Assembly: GCA_022825945.1 (NCBI GenBank) | Contig: JAJDVS010000082.1 | Location: 10,470-74,469 of the forward strand | DNA length: 64,000 nt | Source of the DNA: Pseudomonadales bacterium | GTDB taxonomy: Bacteria > Pseudomonadota > Gammaproteobacteria > Pseudomonadales > Pseudohongiellaceae | Direction of reading: 5' to 3' | Part shown: piece by piece, positions 19,210 through 28,130 of the stretch | Layout: each line of letters opens with the position of its first letter | How positions within the stretch are numbered: position 1 is the first letter of the stretch | Notes under the pieces: generated by a model | What the model was told of the DNA's origin: nothing | What the model saw: only the letters and a program-made list of their open reading frames with translations | Database searches by the model: none | Position numbers and translations under genes: made by a program

Positions 19210-20615
19210 CGCACGGCTTGCGCGGCAATCGGATTTTTACTTTGACTGGATTCCGGAATACGAAAGCCGAACGCGAATTCGACACGATCATCGCAGGCGG
19301 CGGCGCGGCGGGCGTGGGTGCGGCGGTCGGCGCCAGTCTCGCCGGCGCGAAAACCCTGCTGGTCGAATCCGGCGGCAGCCTGGGAGGCGCCGCATCGCTT
19401 CGCGGCGTGATTACCTATTGTGGGATATATACTTTCGAGGACCCGCCGAGACAAGTCGTTCACGGCGTCATGCGGGAAGTTCTGGAACGACTTGCGAGTC
19501 GCTCCGCCGTTACCGGGCCGCATCGGCATCGGGGCGTGTTCCTGGTTTTCGATCCGGAGGCGAACAAGCGGGTACTTGATGAGGTCTGCCTCGATGCGGG
19601 GGTGAACCTGAGTTTCCACAGTCGCGCGATTCGCGCCCACAAGGAGGGGAATCGTCTTGCCGGCATCGTGCTGGAAACCGCCGGGGAGTTTTCCGAAGTA
19701 ACGGCGAATTCGTTCGTAGACGCCACGGGTGAGGCAACATTGGCGCATCTGGCGGGAGCGTCCACCAGATACGGCAATGCCGGGAACCAGTTGAATCTCG
19801 GCAGTCTCGCCACTCGGTTCGGCGGAATCTCCGCGGAAGCGAGTGTGACAGCCGACGACATCGCGGCGGCCGTGGCGGAATCGCGCGGGCGGGGAATCGG
19901 ACCGTTCAGCAAGGACAAGAGCGTCGTTTGCCGCTTGCCGTACAGCGCGGATTTGGTGATTTACGTTGCCAGTCACGACTACGATCCGCGTGACCGGTCG
20001 AGCATCACCGAGGCCGAATTGGCGGGACGCCGCCAGGCGGAAGCCTATCTTGAGGCGGTCAGGACGATTCCCGGCTGCGAGCGGGCGTATCTGGTCAGCA
20101 CCGGCCCGGAATTCGGAACGCGGGAAAGCCGGCACTTGAATTGCGTGTATCAACTCACCTGGCGGGATGTCATGAACAAACGCGGCTTCGAGGACTGTAT
20201 CGCGCTCGGCGCCTGGGGAGCGGAATGGCATGAGCGGGAGACTTTTGGCAGTGTGATGGAAGCGGCGCCGGGAAATGGTTTCTACCAGATTCCGCTCGAC
20301 TGCCTGCGGAGTGTGGACACTTGCAATTTGCTGGCCGCCGGGAGGACCGCGGACGGCGATCGCAAAGCCGGCGCCGCCATTCGGGTTCTCGGCACCGCCA
20401 TCGCGACCGGACAGGCCGCGGGAGTGGCGGCGGCGCAAATCGCCGACAGCGGCGGGATAAGCGTGCCCGACCTGCAAAGGGAATTGTTTGAGCAGGGACA
20501 AACCGCCACACCCGAACAACTCGCCGAAATGCGTGTGAAACCGCCCTGGGAGCCTGCCCCACGGGAATTCGCGAAAGCGAAAATTCGCGGAATCTTGTTT
20601 GGAGGGCGCGATTGA
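19206..20615 (+). CDS. FAD-dependent oxidoreductase (FAD_oxidored-type, GIDA-like Rossmann)
   Basis: EFDTIIAGGGAAGVGAAVGASLAGAKTLLVESGGSLGG dinucleotide motif. There is no in-frame ATG after the symporter stop, so the candidates are TTG starts at 19206, 19218 and 19242. The last ~20 codons (WEPAPREFAKAKIR...) are encoded by a MITE-like fragment. Confidence 0.7.
   Translation: MTHGLRGNRIFTLTGFRNTKAEREFDTIIAGGGAAGVGAAVGASLAGAKTLLVESGGSLGGAASLRGVITYCGIYTFEDPPRQVVHGVMREVLERLASRSAVTGPHRHRGVFLVFDPEANKRVLDEVCLDAGVNLSFHSRAIRAHKEGNRLAGIVLETAGEFSEVTANSFVDATGEATLAHLAGASTRYGNAGNQLNLGSLATRFGGISAEASVTADDIAAAVAESRGRGIGPFSKDKSVVCRLPYSADLVIYVASHDYDPRDRSSITEAELAGRRQAEAYLEAVRTIPGCERAYLVSTGPEFGTRESRHLNCVYQLTWRDVMNKRGFEDCIALGAWGAEWHERETFGSVMEAAPGNGFYQIPLDCLRSVDTCNLLAAGRTADGDRKAGAAIRVLGTAIATGQAAGVAAAQIADSGGISVPDLQRELFEQGQTATPEQLAEMRVKPPWEPAPREFAKAKIRGILFGGRD
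20546..20588 (+). mobile_element. Fragment (left end) of the MITE-like element family
   Basis: CTGGGAGCCTGCCCCACGGGAATTCGCGAAAGCGAAAATTCGC matches the left ends at 29591 and 45207. Confidence 0.6.
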
Positions 20616-20650
20616 ATGGGATGGCAAAATGGAACAGCTTTCGGATCGAT

Positions 20651-21133
20651 TCAGGGGGTGATGCGGGTGAAGCTGAGGTTGCCTGGGTCAGCACAGGGGG
20701 TGGTATTGGAGGTGGCGCAGGAGAGGAGCTCGAGTTGCAGGTTTTCGGGATTCTTGACGTGTACGCTCCAGGTGGCGGTTTTGCCTTGGCTGAGGCCGGG
20801 GTCGCTGGTCATCCGGCCGCCGCCGGGCTGGTAATTGCCTACTTCGATCTGGCCGGTCATTGCGCTCCAGCTCTCGGGCGCGCCTTCGGCGTCGAAATAC
20901 AGCGGCACCGCGATGGCGGCGCCGGTGGGGGCGTGCAACAGCAGCATGGCCTGACCGGGGCCGAGCCAGATGTCGGTTAACGGGCCTTCCCAGGGGTAGG
21001 GTTCCGCGGGATTTTTGCCGGTGGGGCCGGGACTTGCGGAAAGACTTGCGGGGCCGGGAATCGGCGTTGGCGCGGGCAAGGGGTCGCCCCGCGGATAAAT
21101 GATCAGGGCGGTGACGGCACAGCTTCTGAGCAC
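20651..21133 (-). CDS. Hypothetical protein (Pro-rich linker + beta-rich C-domain); N-terminus unresolved
   Basis: 160-aa ORF from GTG 21133. The same frame stays open for ~60 more codons upstream (to ~21313) without an ATG, GTG or TTG. Confidence 0.4.
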   Translation of the reverse strand: MLRSCAVTALIIYPRGDPLPAPTPIPGPASLSASPGPTGKNPAEPYPWEGPLTDIWLGPGQAMLLLHAPTGAAIAVPLYFDAEGAPESWSAMTGQIEVGNYQPGGGRMTSDPGLSQGKTATWSVHVKNPENLQLELLSCATSNTTPCADPGNLSFTRITP

Positions 21134-21464
21134 GCCTTCGAGGGCTTCGGCTTCTGCGCGGTCAACAGTGAGCCGGTACTTGGCCTTTACCTGGACGATG
21201 CGGCTGGCGAACCAGCAATAGTTGTAGCCTGGCAGCCATTCGGCCGCATCCCTGGCTGATTTGGCAGAACGGTTCAGGCTTGTTCTCTGGCGTCCGATCT
21301 TCTTGTCCAGATCTCATGACTTGCTGTTGTTTGTGGTTGTTATGGGCCTGCCGCGTCACGCGAGCGTGGGCGCGCCAGGCTGAAATTCAGTTCTGCCGGC
21401 TTTTGGAAAAATTCTTGCCGGTTAATCCGGGAACCTGCGGCGCAAGTTCCTGCCGGGGCAGTCT

Positions 21465-22871
21465 ATGGCGGCTCTTCATAGTGGTCAAGTTGCCGGTTTG
21501 GAGTCAATGGGTGTCCCGGAGTTGCTGTACACTGGGTGGATGCGACAACTTGCCGGATTTGGCCGTCTTGCGGCTTCGCTGGTTCCCGTGCAGTCGGGCG
21601 GCAGCAGCCTTGCCCGCCAGGGGCTGCAGCGCCTGTTGCTGCTGCGGGCCTTTGTTACCGGCGCAAGTTGCAGCGGCTGGTTTGTCCTGCAGTTGTTTTC
21701 CGGGCTGGTGATTCCCGCGGCGTTTATCGCCGGGCTGGTGGCGGCCATCGTGGTTTCGATTCTGCTCGGCTACCGGCGCCTCGGTTTGAGCCGGCCCATC
21801 GGCAACAACGAGCTGTTCCTGCACATTCTGGTGGATGTGGTTTTTCTCGTGCTGCTGCTGCTGTACACCGGCGGCATCGGCAACCCTCTCATTTCCTACC
21901 TGCTCGTGCTGCTTGCCGTCGCCGCCACCCTGCTGCCCCGGCGCCATGTGAACTCCTTTGCCCTGGGCAGCATCGTCATTTACACCTTTTTCCTGCTGCT
22001 CGACCTCTCCGCCGAACGGGACATGACGGGCATGAGCGGCTCCGCCGCGTCGATGTTCGAACTGCATCTGGTGGGAATGTGGGTGATTTTCGTGGTCAGC
22101 GCCATTCTGATCACCGTGTTCATCAGCGCCATGGCCATCGCCGTGCGGGAGCGCGAACACCATCTCGCCGAAGCCCGGGAAAACGAATTGCGCAATGAGC
22201 AGCTTGTCGCCATCGGCACGCTTGCCGCGGGCACCGCCCACGCCCTCGGCACGCCGCTTTCCACCATGTCGGTGATTCTCAATGATCTGGATGAACTCGG
22301 GCGGGACAGGCTTGGCGACGCATCGGTGCGGCAGGACATCGGCCTGCTGCGGGAACAGGTGGGCCGCTGCAAGCACTCCATCAACCAGTTGATCCGCTAC
22401 TACCACAAGGACAATCCCGGCGCCCGGGAAGAAATCTGGCTTGGGCGTTTCGCGGCGGACATCAAGGACTACATACTCAACGTGCATCCTTCCGCCAAAG
22501 TCGATTTCGCCCTGGAGGCGGCGCCCGACACGCTCCTGCAGATCGAACCGAGCCTGCGCCACGCCGTGATCAATATCATCGAAAACGGAATCAAGGCCGC
22601 CCGGCGCGAAGTGCGGGTCAACTATGCCCCGGACCGGGAAGACAGCGGCAAGCTCCTGATCAGCGTGAAGGATGATGGCCCCGGCATTCCCGCCGAGGTG
22701 CTTGAGCGCATTGGCGAGCCCTTTGTTTCCCGGCGCAAGGGCAGCATGGGACTGGGAATCTTTCTCGCCAACGCCGCCCTGCGCCGGGCCGGCGGCAGTA
22801 TCGAAATGTTCAACCAGCGGGGTGGCGGCGCCACAAGCCTGATTCGCCTGCCGCTGGGAGCCGGGGCATGA
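21465..22871 (+). CDS. regB: RegB/PrrB/RoxS-type redox-responsive sensor histidine kinase
   Basis: Six-TM N-terminus with LYTGGIGNPLISYLLV, H-box LVAIGTLAAGTAHALGTPLSTM and the redox-box region GRCKHSINQL. 4-nt overlap with the partner regulator. Confidence 0.75.
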   Translation: MAALHSGQVAGLESMGVPELLYTGWMRQLAGFGRLAASLVPVQSGGSSLARQGLQRLLLLRAFVTGASCSGWFVLQLFSGLVIPAAFIAGLVAAIVVSILLGYRRLGLSRPIGNNELFLHILVDVVFLVLLLLYTGGIGNPLISYLLVLLAVAATLLPRRHVNSFALGSIVIYTFFLLLDLSAERDMTGMSGSAASMFELHLVGMWVIFVVSAILITVFISAMAIAVREREHHLAEARENELRNEQLVAIGTLAAGTAHALGTPLSTMSVILNDLDELGRDRLGDASVRQDIGLLREQVGRCKHSINQLIRYYHKDNPGAREEIWLGRFAADIKDYILNVHPSAKVDFALEAAPDTLLQIEPSLRHAVINIIENGIKAARREVRVNYAPDREDSGKLLISVKDDGPGIPAEVLERIGEPFVSRRKGSMGLGIFLANAALRRAGGSIEMFNQRGGGATSLIRLPLGAGA

Positions 22872-23404
22872 GCGAAGGCAGACTGCTTTTCGTCGAAGAC
22901 GACGAGGCTTTCGCCTGGGCGGCCGGGCGGGCGCTGGAACGGCGGAACTATGCGGTAAGTCACGCCGGGGAGTTCGACCGGGCCCGCAAGCTGGTGGAGG
23001 AGGAAACCTTCGATTATGCCGTGCTCGATCTCAACCTCGGCAATTGCACTTCACTCGACCTCATCCTGCCCCTGCGCGAGCGCAATCCCGCCATGCGCAT
23101 CCTGATGTTGACCGGCTACGCCAGCATTGCCACCGCGGTGCGGGCGATCAAGCTCGGCGCCGACAATTATCTCGCCAAACCCGCGGACACCGATGAGATA
23201 ATCACCGCCCTGCTCACCGACCCGGACAACGCATCCGAACATGACACCGCCCCGCAACCCATGTCGGTGCGGCGGCTGGAATGGGAGCATATCCAGAAAG
23301 TGCTGGAGCAGAACCATGGCAATATTTCGGCCACGGCGAGGCAATTGAACATGCACCGCCGAACCCTGCAGCGCAAGTTGCGGAAGCGGCCCGTGCAGCG
23401 CTGA
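22868..23404 (+). CDS. regA: RegA/ActR/PrrA/RoxR-type response regulator (REC + Fis-type HTH)
   Basis: LLFVEDDEAF..., phospho-acceptor context AVLDLNLG, LAKPADTDEI, and C-terminal LEWEHIQKVLEQNHGNISATARQLNMHRRTLQRKL. Confidence 0.82.
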   Translation: MSEGRLLFVEDDEAFAWAAGRALERRNYAVSHAGEFDRARKLVEEETFDYAVLDLNLGNCTSLDLILPLRERNPAMRILMLTGYASIATAVRAIKLGADNYLAKPADTDEIITALLTDPDNASEHDTAPQPMSVRRLEWEHIQKVLEQNHGNISATARQLNMHRRTLQRKLRKRPVQR

Positions 23405-23726
23405 GAAGGAAGCCCGAATCCGCCTGCTCAGCGCCGGGCCAATGGTAATAGACCGCTGCGCCAAATCAATGGCGGGTGTCCTGCGATGAATCGGAACCCG
23501 TCTCCGCCAGCCGGGCGGTTACAATCCGTAACGCTTGGCGGATTTGAATCTGCCTTAACTGACGGGCAATGGGTTACAATTCCGTTTCCATGAAGTCGGC
23601 TTCTGAATTGCCCGGGCGTAACTTTTCATCCGCCGGCGGCGTTTTCACGTAAATAGGCATCGTGGGCCATTGCCGCGGTCCGGCCACATGGCTGCCTGAA
23701 CGGATACCGGTGAAATCGAGGTTCGC

Positions 23727-24851
23727 GTGAAGAAACAACAGATTGTCGCGGGATTGCTTCTGATCGTCCTCTGCGCGTGGCTTTTCCTGCCTCGCAACGC
23801 GGAAAGCGGCGATGAGGAAGAAATCGCCGCGGGCCAGCGCACCGCGCCGCCCATCCTCGCTCTGCCGGCGGATGCGCCGGCGGGCAGCGCGGCGGATGTG
23901 CCTTTTGTGCGCGCGTCGCGGATTTCGCCCCAACGCTATGCCGCCACGGTTCGCGTTCGCGGCCGCACCGAAGCTTTCCGCCATGTGGAAGTCCGCGCCG
24001 AACAGGCGGGCCGCATTGTCGCCGACCCGGTGCCCCGGGGCGCCCGGGTGCGGGCGGGCGATACGCTTTGTGAAATCGCCGTGGATGATCGCCAGGCCGA
24101 TCTCGATGAAGCCCTCAGCCGCCGGGAGCAGGCCGAATTCGAATACGAGGCGGCCCTGGATCTGCAAAGCCGGGACCTGCAATCCGATGTCGCGGTGGCC
24201 CAGTACAAGGCGGCGCTGGCCGCCGCCAGGGCGGCGGTGGCAAGGGCCTCCATCGCCCTGGAAAAGATCCGCATCACCGCTCCGTTTGATGGCATTGTGG
24301 AATCGCGCACGGTGGAAATCGGCGATCTGCTCAATATCGGCACGGTCTGCGCATCGGTGCTCGACGACGATCCCATGCTGCTGATCGGGCTGGTGCCGGA
24401 GCAGGACATCGGCCGTATCACCCTGGGCGCAGCGGTCGGCGCCGAACTCGTCAGCGGGGAAACCATCACCGGTCGCGTCATTTATCTTTCCCGCTCGGCG
24501 GACCCCTCCTCGCGCAGCTACCGCATCGAGATCGAGGTGGACCCGGAGCAGTTTGCCATCCGTTCGGGCATTACCGCCGAAATGCAGGTCAGCGCCGATG
24601 AAATCAGCGCCCACCTGATCCCCTCCTCCGCCCTCACCCTGGACGACCTTGGCCTGCTCGGCGTCAAGATCATCGACGCAAACCAGACCGTGCGCTTCCG
24701 CACTATCGAAATCGTCGGCGACAACACCAGCCTGCTGGAGCCGGGGGTCTGGGTCAGCGGGCTGGAAGGCGAAGTCAACCTGATCACCATCGGCCAGGAG
24801 ATCGTCTTTCCCGGCCAGGTGGTCACCGCCGATCTCGGGCGAACGCAGTAA
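23727..24851 (+). CDS. RND efflux periplasmic adaptor (MFP/HlyD family)
   Basis: 374 aa with a signal anchor, a coiled-coil hairpin (EALSRREQAEFEYEAALDLQ...AALAAARAAVARASIALEK) and ITAPFDGIV. Directly precedes the RND pump. Confidence 0.85.
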   Translation: MKKQQIVAGLLLIVLCAWLFLPRNAESGDEEEIAAGQRTAPPILALPADAPAGSAADVPFVRASRISPQRYAATVRVRGRTEAFRHVEVRAEQAGRIVADPVPRGARVRAGDTLCEIAVDDRQADLDEALSRREQAEFEYEAALDLQSRDLQSDVAVAQYKAALAAARAAVARASIALEKIRITAPFDGIVESRTVEIGDLLNIGTVCASVLDDDPMLLIGLVPEQDIGRITLGAAVGAELVSGETITGRVIYLSRSADPSSRSYRIEIEVDPEQFAIRSGITAEMQVSADEISAHLIPSSALTLDDLGLLGVKIIDANQTVRFRTIEIVGDNTSLLEPGVWVSGLEGEVNLITIGQEIVFPGQVVTADLGRTQ

Positions 24852-24865
24852 GACAGGGCGGAAAC

Positions 24866-27800
24866 ATGAAGTACATCGACGCAGCCGTTTCCCGATCGCG
24901 CACCACGCTGACCAGTTTCGCCGCCATCATGCTCACCGGTTTCGCCTGCTATCTGGCGATTCCCGTGGAACTGAACCCCGATGTGCAGGTGCCGATCATC
25001 GTCACCACGGTGATTCACGAGGGCATTTCCCCGGAGGACTCGGAACGGCTGATTTCCAAGCCGGTGGAGGTCGAACTCAAGGCGCTGGACGGCATCACCG
25101 AATACACCACCTTCTCCAGCGAGAACGCCGCCACCATCGTGGCCGAGTTCGATATCGACATGGATTCCCAGGCGGCGCTCAACGAACTGCGGGAAGCCAT
25201 CGACCGCGCCAAGGTGTGGTTCCCGCCGGATACCGAGGAGCCGATCATTCAGGAAGTTTCCGCCTCGGGCATTCCCGTGGTGAATATCGTCGTTACCGGC
25301 GAAGGCGTGCCGGAGCGGACCCTGCTGCGGGTGGCCGAGGAGTTGCAGAGCCGGATCGAGATTCTGCCGCCGGTGCTCGAAGCCCAGATGGTGGGCAACC
25401 GCGAGGAACTGATGGAGGCCATCGTCGATCCCAACAAGCTGGAAACCTATGGCTTTCCGAGCACGGTGATCGGCCAGGCGGTGCTCGGCAACAACCGGCT
25501 GATTCCCGCCGGGCAGGTGGACACCGGCCGCGGCAGCTTTTCCATCAAGGTGCCCGGCCTGATCGAAACCGCCGACGACCTGTTCGACCTGCCCCTGGTG
25601 TCGAACGATCTCGGCGTGCTCACCGTGGGCGATGTGGCCAGCGTGCGGCGCACCTTCAAGGATGCGACCCGCTTTTCCTACGCCAATGGCGCCCCGGCGA
25701 TTTCCCTCAATGTGATGAAGCGCAAGGGCGCCAATCTGGTGGACACCATGGCGGCCATCGACGAAGTCGTGAGCGAGATTCGACCCCAGTTGCCACCGGC
25801 GGTCAATGTGGACTACATCAACAACACCGCTCCCCTGGTCCTCGAACAGAACATGGGCCTGCAAGGCAATATGGCCACCGCCATGGCGCTGGTGCTGATC
25901 GTGGTGATTGCGGCGGTGGGCGTGCGTTCCGGCCTGCTGGTCACCCTCGCGGTGCCTTTCTCCTTTTTCTTCGCCTTCATCGTCATCACCATCATGGGAT
26001 TCACCTACAATTTCATGGTGATCTTCGGTCTGCTACTCGGCCTCGGCATGCTCATCGACGGCGCCATCGTGCTCGTGGAATACGCCGACCGCAAGATGGC
26101 GGAAGGACTTGACAGCAAACAGGCGTACCGGGCCGCGGTGGAGCGCATGTTCTGGCCGATTACCGCGTCCACCGCCACCACCCTGGCGGCCTTTCTGCCG
26201 ATCATGTTCTGGCCCGGGGTCGCGGGGCAGTTCATGAGCTATCTGCCGATTACCGTGTTCGCGGTGCTCATCGGCTCGCTGCTGTACGCCCTGCTCTTCG
26301 CTCCCGCCATCGGCGCCCTGATCGGCCGATCCTCGGATGCCGACAAGAAGTACCTGCGCGCCCTGGAAGACGGCGACCCGGAGCAGACCGGCGGCATCAC
26401 CGCGGCCTACGCCAAACTGCTGGGACTCGCGGTGCGCTTTCCGGGCACGGTTTTCCTGCTCAGCGTCACCACCCTGATGGTCATTGTCGGATCCTATGCG
26501 ACCCTGGGCCGGGGCGTGGAATTTTTCACCGGCGTCGAACCCAATCAGACCAGGATACGGGTTTTCGCCCGGGGCAATTACTCCCCGGCGGAACTGCGCG
26601 ACATCATGCTGGAAGTCGAGGACCGCATCCGCCAGGTGGGCCATTTCAAGGGTATCGTCACCCAGTCCGGCGCCGGCATGCAGATGGGCGGAGACCAGCA
26701 AACCGCCTCGGACCTGATCGGCTCGATCTACATCGAAATGACCGATCGCAGGGACCGGGACGTCAATGGCATCGAACTGGAAAATCTCTATCGTCAGGCC
26801 ATTACCGGCCTGCCCGGCGCCCGGGCCGAAGTGGCGCCCATCGAGGATGGTCCGCCGGTGGGCAAGGAAATCCAGTTGGAGCTATCCGGTGAAAATCTCG
26901 ATCTGCTGTTCTCCGAAGCCAGAAAAATCCGCACCTACATGGAAGAAACCATGACCGGCCTGATCGATATCGACGATACCGCGCCGGTGCCCGGCATCGA
27001 GTGGGAAATCTCCGTGGATCGGGCCCAGGCGGCCATCATGGGGGCGAGCATGGCCGAAATCGGCACCGCCATCCAGATGCTGACCAATGGCGTGTTCATG
27101 GGGGTGTACCGGCCGGACGACACCGAGGAGGAAGTCGATATCCGCCTGCGCTATCCGCGGGAATACCGGGGCCTCGACGAAATCGACACCATCCGCATCG
27201 CCACCGCCAACGGGCCGGTTCCCATCAGCAGCTTCATCACCCGGGAAGCCAGGCCCGCGGTAAGCTCCATCCAGCGGGTCAATGGCAATCGCGTGGTGTA
27301 TGTGCGCGCCAATCCGGCGCCGGGCGTCGTCGCCGACAACAAGGTGCGGGAGCTTGCGGCCTGGCTCGAGAACAACCCTCCCGTGGCCGGCGTGGACCAC
27401 CAGTTCCGCGGTGCCAATGAAGAGCAGGCGCAATCCGCGGCCTTTCTCACCCAGGCCTTCTCCCTGGCCATGGCGCTGATGGCGATTCTGCTCATCACCC
27501 AGTTCAACAGCTATTACCAGTCGCTGCTGATTCTTTCGTCGATTCTGCTGTCGACTTCCGGGGTGCTGCTCGGCCTGCTCATCACCGGCCAGACTTTCAG
27601 CGTCATTCTCACCGGCATCGGCATCGTCGCCCTTGCCGGCATCATCGTCAACAACAATATCGTCCTGATCGACACCTTCAACGTGCTGCGCCGCCAGCAC
27701 CCGGAATGGTCGCTGCGGGAAGTGATCGTTCACACCGGCGTGCAGCGCCTGCGCCCGGTGTTCCTGACCACCTTCACCACCGGCTTCGGCCTGCTGCCGC

Positions 27801-28027
27801 TCGCCATGCACGTATCGGTGGACCTCATCGGCGCCGAAATCGAAGTGGGCGGCCCGATCACCTCGCAATGGGTGGCCCTGGCCTCGGCCATTGTCTTCGG
27901 CTTGTCCTTCGCCACCATCCTGACCCTGATCGTCACCCCGGCCATGCTGGCCCTCCCGCAAAGCCTTCGCCGCATGCGGGACGCGCTGCTGCGCCTTGTT
28001 CTTCCGCGCCGGCTCGGATACGAGTGA
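24866..28027 (+). CDS. RND efflux transporter permease (AcrB/AcrD/AcrF family)
   Basis: 1053 aa with 12-TM architecture. Family motifs include LLLGLGMLIDGAIVLVEY and GIVALAGIIVNNNIVLID. Confidence 0.92.
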   Translation: MKYIDAAVSRSRTTLTSFAAIMLTGFACYLAIPVELNPDVQVPIIVTTVIHEGISPEDSERLISKPVEVELKALDGITEYTTFSSENAATIVAEFDIDMDSQAALNELREAIDRAKVWFPPDTEEPIIQEVSASGIPVVNIVVTGEGVPERTLLRVAEELQSRIEILPPVLEAQMVGNREELMEAIVDPNKLETYGFPSTVIGQAVLGNNRLIPAGQVDTGRGSFSIKVPGLIETADDLFDLPLVSNDLGVLTVGDVASVRRTFKDATRFSYANGAPAISLNVMKRKGANLVDTMAAIDEVVSEIRPQLPPAVNVDYINNTAPLVLEQNMGLQGNMATAMALVLIVVIAAVGVRSGLLVTLAVPFSFFFAFIVITIMGFTYNFMVIFGLLLGLGMLIDGAIVLVEYADRKMAEGLDSKQAYRAAVERMFWPITASTATTLAAFLPIMFWPGVAGQFMSYLPITVFAVLIGSLLYALLFAPAIGALIGRSSDADKKYLRALEDGDPEQTGGITAAYAKLLGLAVRFPGTVFLLSVTTLMVIVGSYATLGRGVEFFTGVEPNQTRIRVFARGNYSPAELRDIMLEVEDRIRQVGHFKGIVTQSGAGMQMGGDQQTASDLIGSIYIEMTDRRDRDVNGIELENLYRQAITGLPGARAEVAPIEDGPPVGKEIQLELSGENLDLLFSEARKIRTYMEETMTGLIDIDDTAPVPGIEWEISVDRAQAAIMGASMAEIGTAIQMLTNGVFMGVYRPDDTEEEVDIRLRYPREYRGLDEIDTIRIATANGPVPISSFITREARPAVSSIQRVNGNRVVYVRANPAPGVVADNKVRELAAWLENNPPVAGVDHQFRGANEEQAQSAAFLTQAFSLAMALMAILLITQFNSYYQSLLILSSILLSTSGVLLGLLITGQTFSVILTGIGIVALAGIIVNNNIVLIDTFNVLRRQHPEWSLREVIVHTGVQRLRPVFLTTFTTGFGLLPLAMHVSVDLIGAEIEVGGPITSQWVALASAIVFGLSFATILTLIVTPAMLALPQSLRRMRDALLRLVLPRRLGYE

Positions 28028-28130
28028 GGCAGAAGAACGCACGAAACCACGCTTGAGGCAATCGGCGGGCGTACCTTTGCCCGGTTGCGGCTTCGGTCCC
28101 GGCTGCGCTTGTAAGGGCTTGGGGGACTGT

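Noticed and set aside
15564-20627. Antisense ORFs 15564..17228 (-) and 19059..20627 (-)
   Set aside because: They lie opposite the receptor and the FAD oxidoreductase. No motifs; typical GC-rich shadow ORFs.
23405-23726. 322-bp gap upstream of the RND adaptor, containing a repeated GGTTACAAT(T)CCGT motif
   Set aside because: There are only two short imperfect copies and a 5-6 bp stem. That is too weak to call an operator or RNA element without comparative data.
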